64,000 nucleotides of DNA from Rhodobacter sp. GTDB taxonomy: Bacteria > Pseudomonadota > Alphaproteobacteria > Rhodobacterales > Rhodobacteraceae. The notes beneath the pieces were generated by a model, which was given only the letters and a program-made list of their open reading frames with translations, was not told where the DNA came from and ran no database searches. Made by a program: the position numbers and the translations under genes. This document shows, one piece after another, positions 38,306 through 48,483 of this stretch (its first letter is position 1; every line of letters begins with the position of its first letter). Location: assembly GCA_027490955.1 (NCBI GenBank), contig JAIXXB010000032.1, positions 60,102-124,101 of the forward strand, written 5' to 3'.

Positions 38306-40390
38306 ATGGCCGACCTTTTGATCGAGTTGTTTTCCGAAGAAATCCCCGCGCGGATGCAAGCGCGCGCGCGCGAAGATTTGAAAACCCTTATCACCAACGG
38401 GCTTGTCGAGGCAGGGTTGACCTATGCCTCGGCAGGGGCCTTTTCCACCCCGCGCCGCCTGACATTGGCTGTCGAAGGACTGTCGGCCCAGTCCAGCCCC
38501 ACGCGCGAAGAACGCAAAGGCCCCGCCACCACGGCCCCAGATGCCGCCATCGAAGGGTTTTTGCGCGCCACAGGGCTGACAAAAGACCAGCTTGACATCC
38601 GCGATGACAAAAAGGGCCAAACTTATTTTGCCGTCATCACCAAACCCGGCCGCCCAGCCGCCACCATCATCGCCGAGGTGCTAGAATCCACCATCCGCAG
38701 CTTTCCATGGCCCAAATCCATGCGCTGGGGGGCAGGAACCCTGCGCTGGGTGCGCCCTTTGCACACGATCTTGTGCCTTTTGTCCGATGAGGCAGGGGCC
38801 GAGGTTGTCCCTGTGTCGGTAGACGGCATCGCGTCGGGCAACATCACGCGCGGCCACCGCTTTCTTGCGCCCGATCCCTTTGCTGTGACAGGGTTTGACG
38901 ATTATGCCGCCAAACTCAAACGCGCCTATGTCGTGCTGGACAGCGCCGAGCGCGAAGCCGCCATTTGGCAAGGCGCGCAAAACCTTGCCTTTGCGGCGGG
39001 GATGGAGGCGGTGGAAGACCGCGCTTTGCTGACCGAAGTGGCGGGCCTTGTCGAATGGCCCACGCCCTTGATGGGGCGCATTGATGACAGCTTCCTGCAC
39101 CTGCCGCCCGAAGTGCTGCAAACATCCATGCGCGAGCATCAAAAGTTCTTTTCGGCCCGCAATCCCAAAACGGGGCGGATCGAGGGATTCATCACTGTGG
39201 CCAATACCCAACCCGCCGATGGCGGCGCGGTGATTTTGAAGGGCAACCAAAAGGTGCTGACCGCGCGCCTGTCTGACGCGCGGTTCTTCTGGGAGAATGA
39301 TCTGCGCGTCGCCAAGGCGGGCATGGGTGAATGGCTGGACGCCCTCGACACTGTCACCTTCCACAACAAACTGGGCAGCCAGCGCGCGCGCATTGACCGC
39401 ATTGCCGCACTGGCCCGCGAAATTGCGGGGGTGGTGGGTGCAGACGCCGAGGTGGCCGAAAAAGCCGCCCGTCTGGCCAAGGCCGATTTGCGCTCGAGCA
39501 TGGTGGGCGAGTTCCCCGAATTGCAGGGCGTGATGGGGCGCTATTATGCGCTGGCCGCTGGCGAGGATGAAGCCGTGGCAAATGCCGCGCGCGATCACTA
39601 CTCGCCATTAGGTCCCAATGATGCCGTGCCAACCGAACCCGTCTCGGCCGCCGTGGCGCTGGCCGATAAGATCGACACGCTGACAGGGTTTTGGGCGATT
39701 GACGAAAAACCCACGGGCAGCAAAGACCCCTTCGCCTTGCGCCGCGCGGCGTTGGGGGTGATTAGGTTGGTGCTGGGGAATCGGGTGCGCACAAATCTAA
39801 CCACTGGCGCATTGCGATTTGCTGCGGACTTGATCGGGCCAATCGAAAATTCCTTTGCAGATGTAAACGACCTCCTCTCCTTCTTCCACGACCGGCTTAA
39901 AGTCTTCCTCAAAGACCAAGGCATCCGCCCCGATATCATCGAGGCCTGCCTTGCCATGCCGAACAATGACGACCTCACCCTACTGGTCAAACGGGCCGAG
40001 GCTTTGGCCGCTTTCCTCAAAACCGAAGATGGCACGAACCTTTTGCAAGGGGCCAAACGCGCGGCGAATATCTTGGCGCAGGCCGAGGCGAAGGATGGCG
40101 TCGAATACTCCTTCGGCGCAGATATCAAATTCGCAGAAACGGACAGCGAACGCGCCCTTTTCGCCGCCCTCGACACTGCGCAGGCCAAAATCGCCCCCGC
40201 CATGCAGGCCGAAGATTTCGCCGCCGCCATGTCGGCCATGGCCGCCCTGCGCGCGCCCATCGATGCCTTCTTCACCGATGTGCAGGTCAATGCCGACAGC
40301 GAGATTCTGCGCCGCAACCGCCTGAACCTGCTGCACCGCATCCGCGCCCTTTGCGCAGGCGTGGCAGATTTCTCAAAACTCGAAGGCTAA
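38306..40390 (+). CDS. glyS: Glycine--tRNA ligase beta subunit
   Basis: LIELFSEEIP, TPRRL, PKSMRW, RLSDARFF and GSKDPFALRR motifs. Confidence 0.97.
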   Translation: MADLLIELFSEEIPARMQARAREDLKTLITNGLVEAGLTYASAGAFSTPRRLTLAVEGLSAQSSPTREERKGPATTAPDAAIEGFLRATGLTKDQLDIRDDKKGQTYFAVITKPGRPAATIIAEVLESTIRSFPWPKSMRWGAGTLRWVRPLHTILCLLSDEAGAEVVPVSVDGIASGNITRGHRFLAPDPFAVTGFDDYAAKLKRAYVVLDSAEREAAIWQGAQNLAFAAGMEAVEDRALLTEVAGLVEWPTPLMGRIDDSFLHLPPEVLQTSMREHQKFFSARNPKTGRIEGFITVANTQPADGGAVILKGNQKVLTARLSDARFFWENDLRVAKAGMGEWLDALDTVTFHNKLGSQRARIDRIAALAREIAGVVGADAEVAEKAARLAKADLRSSMVGEFPELQGVMGRYYALAAGEDEAVANAARDHYSPLGPNDAVPTEPVSAAVALADKIDTLTGFWAIDEKPTGSKDPFALRRAALGVIRLVLGNRVRTNLTTGALRFAADLIGPIENSFADVNDLLSFFHDRLKVFLKDQGIRPDIIEACLAMPNNDDLTLLVKRAEALAAFLKTEDGTNLLQGAKRAANILAQAEAKDGVEYSFGADIKFAETDSERALFAALDTAQAKIAPAMQAEDFAAAMSAMAALRAPIDAFFTDVQVNADSEILRRNRLNLLHRIRALCAGVADFSKLEG

Positions 40391-40479
40391 GGTAAAATTA
40401 CGCTTCGCGCGCCCGCGCCCAAGGGCCACCGCAGGCGCGCAGGCTTTCAGGATAAGGGTGAAAAGACAGACGGCCTTGC

Positions 40480-40554
40480 TTCTTCTTTTCTCAAATATCC
40501 CACGGGGGTAGGCTTGCGAGCCTGCTCGCAAGCGCGGGGGTGTGAAACCCCCGC
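40480..40554 (+). repeat. Interspersed structured repeat, copy B
   Basis: TTCTTCTTTTCTCAAATATCCCACGGGG leader, GTAG, hairpin GCTTGCGAGC/GCTCGCAAGC, then GCGGGGGT..ACCCCCGC hairpin. Confidence 0.85.
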
Positions 40555-40693
40555 TTTTGCCCGTGCCGCCCAAACCGCAGGGGGGGGTGTAAAGCCGCGT
40601 CATCTGCCCGCATGGGCGGTCTAAACCCTTGCACCAATCGCCCCCCCGTGTATGCTGCACCTGCAAAACCTTTGCCGCCGCAGAAAGATACAC

Positions 40694-43240
40694 GTGCCCG
40701 AATATACCGAGATCACGCCAAGCGCGCCCATATTGACGCTTGCCCATGGCTGGCGGGCGAAATGCTTGCAGCGGATGGTGCGCATCGGCATGCCTGTGCC
40801 AAAATCCATCGCCTTGCCCGCCGCCACAATCCGCGCGATTGCATCGGGGCAGATGGTCGATACGGGGGGCGTTTTGGCCAATTTTGGCGATGATGCGCTG
40901 GTGTCCGTGCGGTGCAGCCCCGTCAACCCCGATTGGGGCGGGCCTGCCACGGTGCTGAACATCGGCATGAATGCGCAGCGCCATGCAGGGCTGATCAAAA
41001 CCCACGGCCAAGCGGCGGCGGATGCGCTGTATCTGCGCTTTATCCAAAGCTATGCCACCCATGTGGCCCGCCTTGACCCTGATATGTTTGCGGCCAGCAC
41101 CCCCAGCAGCGCCGCGCTGAAAGAGGCGCTGGCGCAATACGAGCGCGAGATGGAGGCCCCTTTCCCCGAAACCGCCACGCAGCAATTGTCCGAAGTGCTG
41201 CGATCTATGGCCCGCGCGTGGGAAGGCACCACGGCCCGCCTTTTGCGCCAAGCCAAGGGCGCCCCGCCCGAGGCTCCGCTGGGCCTGATCGTGCAAGAAA
41301 TGGCCCAAGGCATTGGGCAGGGCATTTCCGGCACGGGGGTTATTCAATTTGTCGATCCCGTGACGGGCGAGGCGCAGATCACGGGCCGATATCTCAGCCA
41401 AAGCCAGCGCTTTGATGCCAAAGCGGGGGAAGAGGCGATGTATCTGACCCATGATCCGCGCGGCCCATCTTTGCAAGATATTGCGCCGCAGATTTTCGCA
41501 CAGTTGCTGCAGCATGGGCAAACAGGGCGCACCAAATTGCGCGAAGAGATGATGATTGAATTCACCATCGAAGATGGCAAATTGGCCGTGCTGGATGCGG
41601 TGAAAACCCAGCGTTCTGCCCGTGCGGGGCTGAAAATTGCCGTGGCCTTGGCCGATGACGGAATCATCAGCAAACAAGAGGCGGTGCTGCGGGTCGAGCC
41701 GCGCGCGCTGTCAGAACTTTTGCACCCGCAGGTCGATCTGCGCAGCCCGCGCGATGTGTTGGCCAAGGGGATTGCCGCCAGCCCTGGCGCTGCGGTGGGC
41801 AAGATTGTGTTTTCCTCGCAGGCCGCGCAGGCCAGCGCCGCGCGGGGCGAGGCCTGTATATTGGTGCGCCGCGAAACTGCGCCCGAAGATATTCGCGGCA
41901 TGAACTCGGCCGCGGCCATTGTCACCGAACGCGGCGGCGTGACATCACATGCCGCCGTGATTGCGCGCGGCCTTGGCCTGCCTTGCGTGGTGGGGGCATC
42001 TATTCGCGTCGATGGTCGCGACAGAAAGATCACCGCAGGCGATCGCACCTTGTCCGAAGGCGATATCATCACTGTCGATGGCAGCACGGGCGAGGTGCTG
42101 GCAGGGGCGGCTGATATGTTGGCCCCCGCTTTGGATGATGGGTTCCAGCGCCTGCTGGCATGGGCGGATGAGTTTCGCGATATTGGCATTCGCGCCAATG
42201 CCGACACCCCATCTGATGCCGCCACGGCGCGCCAGTTTCAGGCCCAAGGCATCGGGCTGTGCCGCACCGAACATATGTTCTTTGACGAAGACCGCCTTGT
42301 GGTGATGCGCGAGATGATCTTTGCCGATACCTCGGCCGACCGCGCGGCAGCCCTTGCGCGGCTTTTGCCAATGCAGCGCGCCGATTTCGTGCAATTGTTC
42401 GAAATCATGGCGGGCCTGCCCGTGTGCATCCGCCTGTTTGACCCGCCATTACACGAATTTCTGCCCCATTCGCGCGAAGGTCTGCGCGAACTCGCCGAAG
42501 CCTTGGACAAGCCCCTATCAGATGTCACCCGCAGGGCCGAGGCTTTGTCCGAGTTTAACCCGATGCTGGGCATGCGCGGTGTGCGTTTGGGGGTGGTGTT
42601 GCCCGAAATCTACGCCATGCAAGTGCAGGCGATTTTTGAAGCCACTGTCGATCTGGCGCAAAAAGGCACCCCCGTTGTGCCCGAAATCATGATCCCGCTG
42701 GTCTCGGCGCGGCGCGAGGTGGAACTGGTCAAATCCCATATCGACACGATCGCCGCCAAAGTGCGCAGCAAATCGGGGATCAATTTTGACTTTAAACTAG
42801 GTGTGATGGTCGAAACCCCAAGGGCGGCGCTGCGCGCGGGCGATATCGCCCAACATGCCAGCTTTTTGTCCTTTGGCACCAATGACCTGACGCAAATGAC
42901 CTATGGTCTGTCGCGCGATGATGCGGGGCGGTTTATGAATACCTATGTCCAACAGGGGGTTTTCCCCGAAGACCCGTTTCATATTTTGGATGTAGATGGG
43001 GTGGGCGAGTTGTTGCATATCGGCGCGCAGCGCGGCCGCGCGACGCGCGCTGATCTGACCTTATCGATCTGCGGCGAACATGGCGGCAACCCCGAATCAA
43101 TCGATTTTTGCCGCAAGGCGGGCTTTGATTACGTCTCTTGCAGCCCTTATCGCGTTCCGCTTGCAAGGCTGGCCTCAGCACACCTTGCCCTGCTGGATCG
43201 CGGCGACTTTTCGACAATGCGTTACATTCCAAAAGTTTAG
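40694..43240 (+). CDS. ppdK: Pyruvate phosphate dikinase-like PEP-utilising protein with divergent N-terminal domain
   Basis: GGVTSHAAV phospho-His motif, GLCRTEHMF, GMRGVR, SFGTNDLTQ and ICGEHGG. Start uncertain (40652 or 40694). Confidence 0.85.
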   Translation: MPEYTEITPSAPILTLAHGWRAKCLQRMVRIGMPVPKSIALPAATIRAIASGQMVDTGGVLANFGDDALVSVRCSPVNPDWGGPATVLNIGMNAQRHAGLIKTHGQAAADALYLRFIQSYATHVARLDPDMFAASTPSSAALKEALAQYEREMEAPFPETATQQLSEVLRSMARAWEGTTARLLRQAKGAPPEAPLGLIVQEMAQGIGQGISGTGVIQFVDPVTGEAQITGRYLSQSQRFDAKAGEEAMYLTHDPRGPSLQDIAPQIFAQLLQHGQTGRTKLREEMMIEFTIEDGKLAVLDAVKTQRSARAGLKIAVALADDGIISKQEAVLRVEPRALSELLHPQVDLRSPRDVLAKGIAASPGAAVGKIVFSSQAAQASAARGEACILVRRETAPEDIRGMNSAAAIVTERGGVTSHAAVIARGLGLPCVVGASIRVDGRDRKITAGDRTLSEGDIITVDGSTGEVLAGAADMLAPALDDGFQRLLAWADEFRDIGIRANADTPSDAATARQFQAQGIGLCRTEHMFFDEDRLVVMREMIFADTSADRAAALARLLPMQRADFVQLFEIMAGLPVCIRLFDPPLHEFLPHSREGLRELAEALDKPLSDVTRRAEALSEFNPMLGMRGVRLGVVLPEIYAMQVQAIFEATVDLAQKGTPVVPEIMIPLVSARREVELVKSHIDTIAAKVRSKSGINFDFKLGVMVETPRAALRAGDIAQHASFLSFGTNDLTQMTYGLSRDDAGRFMNTYVQQGVFPEDPFHILDVDGVGELLHIGAQRGRATRADLTLSICGEHGGNPESIDFCRKAGFDYVSCSPYRVPLARLASAHLALLDRGDFSTMRYIPKV

Positions 43241-43412
43241 CCCGAATTGGCGGATTCCTGCCCAAAACCATGGGCGAGAATCCGCCTAAATTCGCGCCGT
43301 TTTGAAAACCTGACCCCCGATAGATGGATTGTTAACCACCTGTGCGGTAGCCCGACCAAGTGCCGCGCGGGCTTGCCCGCAGGTGCGATGAAACAAGTGG
43401 GATATACCCTAG

Positions 43413-44093
43413 ATGAAAATGCACCAAATCTGGATAGCAGCGGCAATGGCGCTGCTTGTTCAAAGTGGGGCCACCTTTGCTGAGGTTCAGCTCAGCACCT
43501 CGAACGACCCAAATGCCGCCCTCAGCGCCTCGTTCGGCGCGCTTCTTGGGGCAGAGAAATCCACCCATGACGCGCTGTCCGAGGCCGAGAAAGTGGCCCT
43601 TGCCAATGGCCCCGAAGCGGTCAAATTGTTTGGCGGCAAGAAAAGCGCCGAAATCGAATACACAGCCGCATGGCTGATGGCGCAGCCCGAACCTTCGAAA
43701 AAGATGCAAAACGACCCCGAGTTTGCCTGCCTGAAAGAGGCGCTTTATTTCGAATCGCGTGGCGAAGACGTGAAAGGCCAGTTTGCCGTGGCCGAAGTGA
43801 TCTTGAACCGCGTTGACAACCCCGCCTATCCAAAAACAGTCTGCGGTGTGGTTGCACAGGGCAATTCGCAATCTTGCCAGTTTTCCTATAACTGCGATGG
43901 CAAGGCCGAGGTGATGCATGAAGCAGGTTCCGAGGAATTGGCCGCACGTATCGCCGCCTTGATGTTGCAAGGCGCACCGCGCGTCTTGACCGATGGGGCG
44001 ACCCATTTCCACACCACGGCCGTGAACCCGCGCTGGTCGCGCGTCTATGAACAAACCGCCAGCATCGGCAGGCATCTGTTCTATCGCAAGTAA
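43413..44093 (+). CDS. Cell wall hydrolase (SleB/Hydrolase_2 family)
   Basis: Signal peptide, CLKEALYFESRGE, AVAEVILNRV, CQFSYNCDG, GATHFH and IGRHLFY motifs. Confidence 0.92.
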   Translation: MKMHQIWIAAAMALLVQSGATFAEVQLSTSNDPNAALSASFGALLGAEKSTHDALSEAEKVALANGPEAVKLFGGKKSAEIEYTAAWLMAQPEPSKKMQNDPEFACLKEALYFESRGEDVKGQFAVAEVILNRVDNPAYPKTVCGVVAQGNSQSCQFSYNCDGKAEVMHEAGSEELAARIAALMLQGAPRVLTDGATHFHTTAVNPRWSRVYEQTASIGRHLFYRK

Positions 44094-44165
44094 ATCGGGG
44101 GCCAATAATCCCCGCCAAATGTCGCCGCCCTTGCGGCATGCGTCTAAATTTGGCACATAAGACAC

Positions 44166-44196
44166 GGGGCAGGCATTAGTCTGCCCCTATTCTTTT
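44166..44196 (+). terminator. Probable intrinsic terminator
   Basis: GGGGCAG/CTGCCCC stem followed by TATTCTTTT. Confidence 0.6.
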
Positions 44197-44227
44197 GCCC
44201 CTTTGGGCCTTTTCTGGGGATCGGCCC

Positions 44228-45154
44228 ATGAGCACCGACATCTCGCTGGCCTTTGCCCATCCTATCGCGCGCAGCGAAGCCTCGGCTACGGCGGATCCGC
44301 GCGACCGCATTTCGCTGCGCGATTACATCGTGGATGTTGACATTGGCGCGTTTCAACAAGAGCGCGGTCACACCCAGCGCGTGATGTTCAACATCGTGGT
44401 CGAAGTGCGCCCTGCGCCGCAGCCGCTGAATGATGATGTAGACCGAATCCTGTCCTATGATCGGCTGACCGAAGCGATTGCGGCAGAACTGGCGGCAGAG
44501 CGTTTGAACCTGCTGGAAACCTTGGCCGAACGGCTGGCGGCGCGGATTTTGACCGAACCGCAAGCCATGCGCGCCTTTGTGCGGATCGAAAAGCTGGATA
44601 TTGGCCCCTATAAACTGGGGGTGGAAATTGTCCGCTCGCGCGCGGAAGTCGCGGTGAAAGTGGTGGGCAGCGATGGGCACGAAGCCTCGGTGCATCCTGT
44701 TGTGGCCTTTTTGGACAATCGCGCCATTGCCTCGCCCGATCTGCCGCGCCTTTTGGATGGGTTGCAATCGCATGGTCTGCCTGTGATTTTGACAGTGGGC
44801 CTGCCCGATGTGCCGCGCCCGCAAACGGGCCATGGCCCCACACAGCGCCGTGTCGATTTGCTGGCGATAGAGCAGAACGCATGGGTGCTGGCGGCGCGGG
44901 ATGCGCGCTGCGTGGTCGTGGCCACGCGCACGGAAATTGACTGGGCAATCAAGCGCGGGCAAATGATTGTCTGGGCCCCCAGCAAGCTGGTGCTGGATGC
45001 GGTTGATGGCCCGCAAACCCGCGCGCCTTTGCATTTGGCGCTGTGGCTGGCCGAACAGATGGCCGCCGATCGGCTGATCGTGCATGGCGATGCCAATTCG
45101 GGCATAGGCGCGCTGCCCGCAGGATCGCACGTTACTGTTGTTACAGCCGCGTGA
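44228..45154 (+). CDS. folB: Dihydroneopterin aldolase with C-terminal extension
   Basis: DIGAFQQE..QRV.FNI, LSYD and LNLLETLAE FolB motifs, followed by a ~160-aa extra domain. Upstream of folP. Confidence 0.88.
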   Translation: MSTDISLAFAHPIARSEASATADPRDRISLRDYIVDVDIGAFQQERGHTQRVMFNIVVEVRPAPQPLNDDVDRILSYDRLTEAIAAELAAERLNLLETLAERLAARILTEPQAMRAFVRIEKLDIGPYKLGVEIVRSRAEVAVKVVGSDGHEASVHPVVAFLDNRAIASPDLPRLLDGLQSHGLPVILTVGLPDVPRPQTGHGPTQRRVDLLAIEQNAWVLAARDARCVVVATRTEIDWAIKRGQMIVWAPSKLVLDAVDGPQTRAPLHLALWLAEQMAADRLIVHGDANSGIGALPAGSHVTVVTAA

Positions 45155-45200
45155 GGCGCGCCCACTTGCATTGGGCGCAGCGCCTATACTACCAAGACTT

Positions 45201-46211
45201 ATGGAATACCTGCGCCCCATCCCCCAGTTTGATCCCGCCCGCCCCGCGGATGCGCTGCCTTTGGCGGGGGGCTTGGGCTGGTTCGCCCAAGTCGAGGTGA
45301 TCACGCGCCATCAGCCAGCGCGGATTATGGCCGCGTCTGATCTGCCCCTTGCCGATGCGCAGCGCCTGTCTGCGCCGCGGCCCCATTTCGCGGGCCTGTC
45401 GCTGGATCGCCCGCGCGTGATGGGGATTTTGAACATCACGCCTGATAGCTTTTCGGACGGCGGGCTGTTTTTGGCCCCAGAGGCCGCGCTGATGCAGGCG
45501 CGGCGGATGGCGGCGGCGGCCGATATCATTGACATTGGCGGCGAATCCACCCGCCCTGGCGCGGCCGAGGTCGCAGCCGAAGAAGAAGTGCAGCGCACCG
45601 CCCCTGTGATTGCGGCGCTGCGGGCAGGGGGGCTGGATGGCCCAATCTCGATTGACACGCGCAAAGCGGCGGTTGCGCAGGCGGCCTTTGCCGCGGGGGC
45701 CAGCATTTTGAACGATGTCACCGCCTTGCAATATGACCCTGCTATGGCGGGGATGGCCGCGGCGGCGCAAAGCCCTGTGATTTTGATGCACTCGATCAAA
45801 ACCCCTGCAACGATGCAGGATGATCCGCAATATGACGATGTGCTGCTGGACGTCTATGATGCCCTTGCAGCGCGCATCGAGGCAGCGGCGGCGCAGGGCA
45901 TTGCCCGCGCGCGCATCGCCATTGATCCCGGGATCGGATTTGGCAAAACGCTGGCGCATAATTTGGCCCTGCTTGCGCGGTTATCGCTGTTTCACAATCT
46001 TGGCGTGCCTGTCTTGCTGGGCGCCTCGCGCAAGCGATTTATCGGCACGATTGCCCGCCAAGACGAGGCCGCGCGCCGCATGCCGGGCAGTTTGGCCGTG
46101 GCGCTGGCGGGGGCGGCGCAGGGGGTGCAGATGATCCGCGTGCATGATGTAGATGAAACGCGCCAAGCGCTAACGCTTTGGGCTGCGGCAACCATGGGAT
46201 ATGAGATATGA
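45201..46211 (+). CDS. folP: Dihydropteroate synthase
   Basis: [45 protein letters not shown] and RVHDV motifs. Confidence 0.96.
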   Translation: MEYLRPIPQFDPARPADALPLAGGLGWFAQVEVITRHQPARIMAASDLPLADAQRLSAPRPHFAGLSLDRPRVMGILNITPDSFSDGGLFLAPEAALMQARRMAAAADIIDIGGESTRPGAAEVAAEEEVQRTAPVIAALRAGGLDGPISIDTRKAAVAQAAFAAGASILNDVTALQYDPAMAGMAAAAQSPVILMHSIKTPATMQDDPQYDDVLLDVYDALAARIEAAAAQGIARARIAIDPGIGFGKTLAHNLALLARLSLFHNLGVPVLLGASRKRFIGTIARQDEAARRMPGSLAVALAGAAQGVQMIRVHDVDETRQALTLWAAATMGYEI

Positions 46212-47551
46212 GCGCAAAGCTTTTTGGCACGGATGGCGTGCGCGGTCGGGCCAACCAATATCCGATGACGGCGGAAATGGCGCTGAAATTGGGGGCGGCG
46301 GCGGGGCGGTATTTTCGCCGCTCGGGCATGGCTGCGCATCGGGTCGTCATTGGCAAAGATACGCGCCTGTCGGGCTATATGCTGGAAAATGCGCTGACTG
46401 CGGGGCTGACATCGACAGGGATGAACGTGCTGCTGCTGGGCCCCGTGCCAACCCCTGCCGTGGGGTTTTTGACGCGCTCGATGCGGGCCGATTTGGGGGT
46501 GATGATTTCGGCCAGCCATAACCCTGCCGATGACAATGGGATCAAGTTTTTCGGCCCTGATGGGTTTAAACTGTCAGACGCCGCCGAGGCCGAGATTGCC
46601 GCCATGATCGCGGGCGATATTGAACTGGCCGATGCCGCCGATATTGGCCGCGCCAAGCGGATTGACGATGCGATGGGCCGCTATGTGGAATATGCCAAAA
46701 CCACCTTCCCGCAGGGGCTGCGGCTGGATGGGCTGAAAGTGGTGATCGATTGCGCCAATGGCGCGGCCTATAAGGCGGCCCCGCTGGTTTTGTGGGAATT
46801 GGGGGCCGAGGTGATCTCGGTCGGCGTTGGCCCAAATGGGCGCAATATCAACGATCGCTGCGGGTCGACCTATACGCAAACAGCGGCCGAGGCGGTGGTG
46901 GCCCACGGCGCGCATGTGGGTATTTCGCTGGATGGCGATGCCGACCGCGTGATGATTTTGGACGAAACCGGCACAGTGGCGGATGGCGATCAGATCATGG
47001 CGCTGATGGCCTCGTCTTGGGCCGCAGAGGGGCGGCTGCGCGGGCAGACGCTGGTGGCAACAGTGATGTCCAATTTGGGGCTAGAGAGGCATTTGCGCGG
47101 GCAGAACATCGCGCTTTTGCGCACGGCGGTGGGTGACCGCTATGTGGTCGAAGCCATGCGCAAGGGCGGGTTCAATCTGGGCGGCGAACAATCGGGCCAT
47201 ATCGTGATGACCGATTACGCCACCACGGGGGATGGGCTGATTGCAGGCTTGCAGTTTCTGGCGGAAATCGCCCGCACGGGGGCCGCGGCCAGTAGCTTGG
47301 TGCGCCAGTTTGACACTGTGCCGCAGATGCTGAAAAATGTGCGCTTTGCCTTGGGCAAAAAGCCGCTAGAGGCCGATGCCGTTCGAGCGGTCATCGCCGC
47401 CAATGAGGCGCGGATTGAAGGAAAGGGCCGTATCCTGATCCGCAAATCCGGCACGGAACCCCTGATCCGCGTGATGGCGGAATGCGAAGATGCGGGGCTG
47501 CTGGCGGAAGTTGTGGGCGATATCGTCGCGGCGGTTGAGGCGGCGGTTTAG
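46208..47551 (+). CDS. glmM: Phosphoglucosamine mutase
   Basis: [28 protein letters not shown] and RKSGTEP motifs. Confidence 0.97.
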   Translation: MSAKLFGTDGVRGRANQYPMTAEMALKLGAAAGRYFRRSGMAAHRVVIGKDTRLSGYMLENALTAGLTSTGMNVLLLGPVPTPAVGFLTRSMRADLGVMISASHNPADDNGIKFFGPDGFKLSDAAEAEIAAMIAGDIELADAADIGRAKRIDDAMGRYVEYAKTTFPQGLRLDGLKVVIDCANGAAYKAAPLVLWELGAEVISVGVGPNGRNINDRCGSTYTQTAAEAVVAHGAHVGISLDGDADRVMILDETGTVADGDQIMALMASSWAAEGRLRGQTLVATVMSNLGLERHLRGQNIALLRTAVGDRYVVEAMRKGGFNLGGEQSGHIVMTDYATTGDGLIAGLQFLAEIARTGAAASSLVRQFDTVPQMLKNVRFALGKKPLEADAVRAVIAANEARIEGKGRILIRKSGTEPLIRVMAECEDAGLLAEVVGDIVAAVEAAV

Positions 47552-47608
47552 GGGGCTTTGCGCCCCCTCGCTGCGCTCACCCCCGCAGGATATTTCTAAA
47601 AAGAAGAA
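47551..47608 (-). repeat. Interspersed structured repeat, copy C
   Basis: Reverse strand reads TTCTTCTTTTTAGAAATATCCTGCGGGG-GTGA-GCGCAGC-GAGGGGGCGCAAAGCCCCC. Confidence 0.85.
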
Positions 47609-47629
47609 GTGCAATTTTAATCAAATTGT

Positions 47630-47687
47630 TTCTTCTTTTTACAAGTATCCTGGGGGTGAGGCCAGAGGCCGAGGGGGCGACGCCCCC
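47630..47687 (+). repeat. Interspersed structured repeat, copy D
   Basis: TTCTTCTTTTTACAAGTATCCTGGGG-GTGA-GGCCAGAGGCC-GAGGGGGCGACGCCCCC. Confidence 0.85.
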
Positions 47688-47712
47688 TTTTGGCGGTGGG
47701 TAGGGGCGCGGC

Positions 47713-48483
47713 TTATGGTTTTTCCGCAAAGCGGTAATCACCCGGATAGGCCAAATCGCCGTGATGGGTGATGCGCGCGGCCTCATAGGCCCAGATTTCC
47801 CCCGCGCAGCCCGAAATCCAGCGGCGGCAAAAACTGGTGTCTTCGCCATGCATCACCGCGCCGCCACGCCCGCGCAGATGGCTGAAAAAGTCGTGAAAAT
47901 CGGCTTCGGGATAGCCCGGCCCGTTGAACCCCGGCACAGGCACAGCAATGCCTGATGCGACCATCTTTTCAGGAACCGCGCGTTTGAGCAGCATGAACCC
48001 CGTGCCAGCGCCTGCCACCTTGCGAAACCCATCGCGGCGCACCAATGGCCAAGGCTCGCCCACCTCGTAAACACCGGGGATGTTATAGCGCATGGTCTCG
48101 GCCATCAGGGCGGCGGTTGACGCGCGCTGATCTTCGGGTTTGGACGCCTCACGCTCGACCGCGGCGCGGAAGGCGGCCCATGGCATACGGCGCTGCGGAT
48201 AGGGGGCGACAGTAAATTCGGCATCAAAGTCGAGGAGTTTGAAGAATAAGTCAGGCTCAAAACTCATGTCACTGTCCAAAAGCAGCGCATGGCTGAACTG
48301 GGTTTTGGCCAGAAACACCGACATGAGGTAATTGCGCGAAATCACCAAATCCGACCATTCATAGGTGCGCAGGGCAAAGGGAATGCCGCGCCGCTGCAAC
48401 GCCTGCGTCAGGCCCAAAAGGGCGTGAACACAAGGCGTATCAATATGCCCGCCTGTGGGCATAAGAATGAGTAGGGTTGTCAT
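47713..48483 (-). CDS. Stand-alone GT-A fold glycosyltransferase-like protein
   Basis: SDLVISRN, LLLDSDM (DxD), AGTGFMLLKR and GEDTSFCRRW motifs. Confidence 0.65.
   Translation of the reverse strand: MTTLLILMPTGGHIDTPCVHALLGLTQALQRRGIPFALRTYEWSDLVISRNYLMSVFLAKTQFSHALLLDSDMSFEPDLFFKLLDFDAEFTVAPYPQRRMPWAAFRAAVEREASKPEDQRASTAALMAETMRYNIPGVYEVGEPWPLVRRDGFRKVAGAGTGFMLLKRAVPEKMVASGIAVPVPGFNGPGYPEADFHDFFSHLRGRGGAVMHGEDTSFCRRWISGCAGEIWAYEAARITHHGDLAYPGDYRFAEKP

Noticed and set aside
10093-45304. Long antisense ORFs (e.g. 10093-11109, 15130-16092, 19321-20541, 40373-41677, 44144-45304)
   Set aside because: Each lies opposite a well-supported gene. Long shadow ORFs are expected at high GC, and these lack motifs.
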